From: a virus
Lineage: Duplodnaviria; Heunggongvirae; Uroviricota; Caudoviricetes
Length of the DNA stretch: 41,035 nt
Direction: 5' to 3' (one strand)
Virus record (IMG/VR): IMGVR_UViG_2671181040_000013
Shown in pieces: positions 40,019-41,035 of this stretch (the stretch's first letter is position 1; each line of letters begins with the position of its first letter). The notes under the pieces were generated by a model, which was not told the DNA's origin, did not search any database, and saw nothing but the letters and a program-made list of their open reading frames with translations. The position numbers were made by a program, and so were the translations under genes.

Positions 40019-40620
40019 TGGATAAAGCCGTATTAAATAGCGAACTTATTGCCACGAAGGCGGGGAATATTACCGTCTATAACTATGATGGTGAAACACG
40101 GGAATATATTTCCACTTCAAATGAATATCTTGCCGTTGGTGTCGGTATCCCGGCATATTCCTGTTTAGATGCTCCTGGCACATATAAGGCTGGTTATGCA
40201 ATCTGCCGTTCAGTAGATTTAAACTCATGGGAATATATGCCAGACCATCGCGGTGAAATTATCTATAGCACCGAAACAGGAGAAGCAAAAGAAATCACAG
40301 CTCCGGGTGATTACCCTGAAAATACAACCACTATCGTCCCGTTAACGCCATATGATAAATGGGATGGTGAGAAATGGGTGACAGATTCTGAGGCACAACA
40401 CGGTGCCGCAGTAGAAGCGGCAGAAGCACAGCGCCAGTCACTGATTGATGCAGCAATGGCTTCCATTAGTCTGATTCAGCTGAAATTACAGGCCGGGCGG
40501 AAACTGGCGCAGGCAGAAACAACCCGGCTTAACGCTGTGCTGGATTACATTGACGCGGTGACGGCAACAAATACCAGCACCGCGCCTGATGTCATCTGGC
40601 CTGAGCTGCCGGAGGCGTAG
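40018..40620 (+). CDS. Tail fibre assembly protein (Tfa)
   Basis: 200 aa directly after fibre gene; C-terminal TSTAPDVIWPELP motif shared with convergent paralogue. Confidence 0.75.
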   Translation: MDKAVLNSELIATKAGNITVYNYDGETREYISTSNEYLAVGVGIPAYSCLDAPGTYKAGYAICRSVDLNSWEYMPDHRGEIIYSTETGEAKEITAPGDYPENTTTIVPLTPYDKWDGEKWVTDSEAQHGAAVEAAEAQRQSLIDAAMASISLIQLKLQAGRKLAQAETTRLNAVLDYIDAVTATNTSTAPDVIWPELPEA

Positions 40621-41035
40621 GCCATTCAATATCGGGTGCTGTTGACGTATCAACACGCATCAGCAGCACACGGTATTTCTTCCATTGGGTGAGAGTTGAA
40701 GTTTCTTCATCAGTTGCGATACCAGCATCAACAGCATCCTGACGCCAGGATATTTCACTGTCAGCTTTTGCACGAAATGTGGCTTTCATGTTTTCTGCAT
40801 CTGATATTTTCTGTTCTGGTGAAAGCGGAGGCTCATCAACCCATGCAAGGGCCCCTGAAACCATTCCCAGCATTTTGCCTGTCGGCTTATTTCCTCCATT
40901 AAATCTGACAACATCCTCATCGCTGATTTCAATACCATCCTGCGGCCATGTCCCCTCCTTGATATAACTTTCATATAGCGCTGCGTTGTAGATTGCATTT
41001 TCGGACGGACTGTAAACACTTTTAACTTTATTCAT
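40592..41035 (-). CDS. Second tail fibre assembly protein (Tfa'), convergent
   Basis: 147 aa on minus strand; C-terminus TSTAPDIEWPTPP; 3' ends of the two Tfa genes overlap by about 29 bp. Confidence 0.7.
   Translation of the reverse strand: MNKVKSVYSPSENAIYNAALYESYIKEGTWPQDGIEISDEDVVRFNGGNKPTGKMLGMVSGALAWVDEPPLSPEQKISDAENMKATFRAKADSEISWRQDAVDAGIATDEETSTLTQWKKYRVLLMRVDTSTAPDIEWPTPPAAQAR

Overview
The window opens with the host ferredoxin gene yfhL (1-261, minus) and then runs through about 40.7 kb of a mosaic temperate prophage whose right end lies beyond the window. Left to right: tyrosine integrase and AlpA-like excisionase; a leftward early operon (2067-12360, minus) with a self-contained replication module (SNF2 helicase, VRR-NUC, family-A DNA polymerase, SSB-like protein, Cas4-like nuclease); a CI-like/Cro-like switch with divergent promoters; a primase followed by an iteron array (candidate origin); a Q-like antiterminator; a lysis cassette whose R/Rz/Rz1 look near-identical to phage lambda; terminase, portal and head genes; a contractile-tail and baseplate module with a chaperone -1 frameshift; and a tail fibre with convergent tail-fibre-assembly genes suggesting an invertible host-range segment. 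Several AT-rich accessory insertions interrupt this backbone. The best candidate for an undescribed system is a three-gene cassette at 3532-5205 (one soluble 292-aa protein plus two membrane proteins) inserted antisense inside the replication operon; I recognise no motif in any of its proteins. Other accessory loci are a small membrane protein at 8106-8375, two genes between lysis and terminase (18984-19391, 19772-19981), and a secreted-protein/membrane-protein pair inside the baseplate operon (35445-36159). All calls are from reading the sequence and ORF translations; no database search, GC calculation or fold prediction was run, and family names and similarity statements are from memory.
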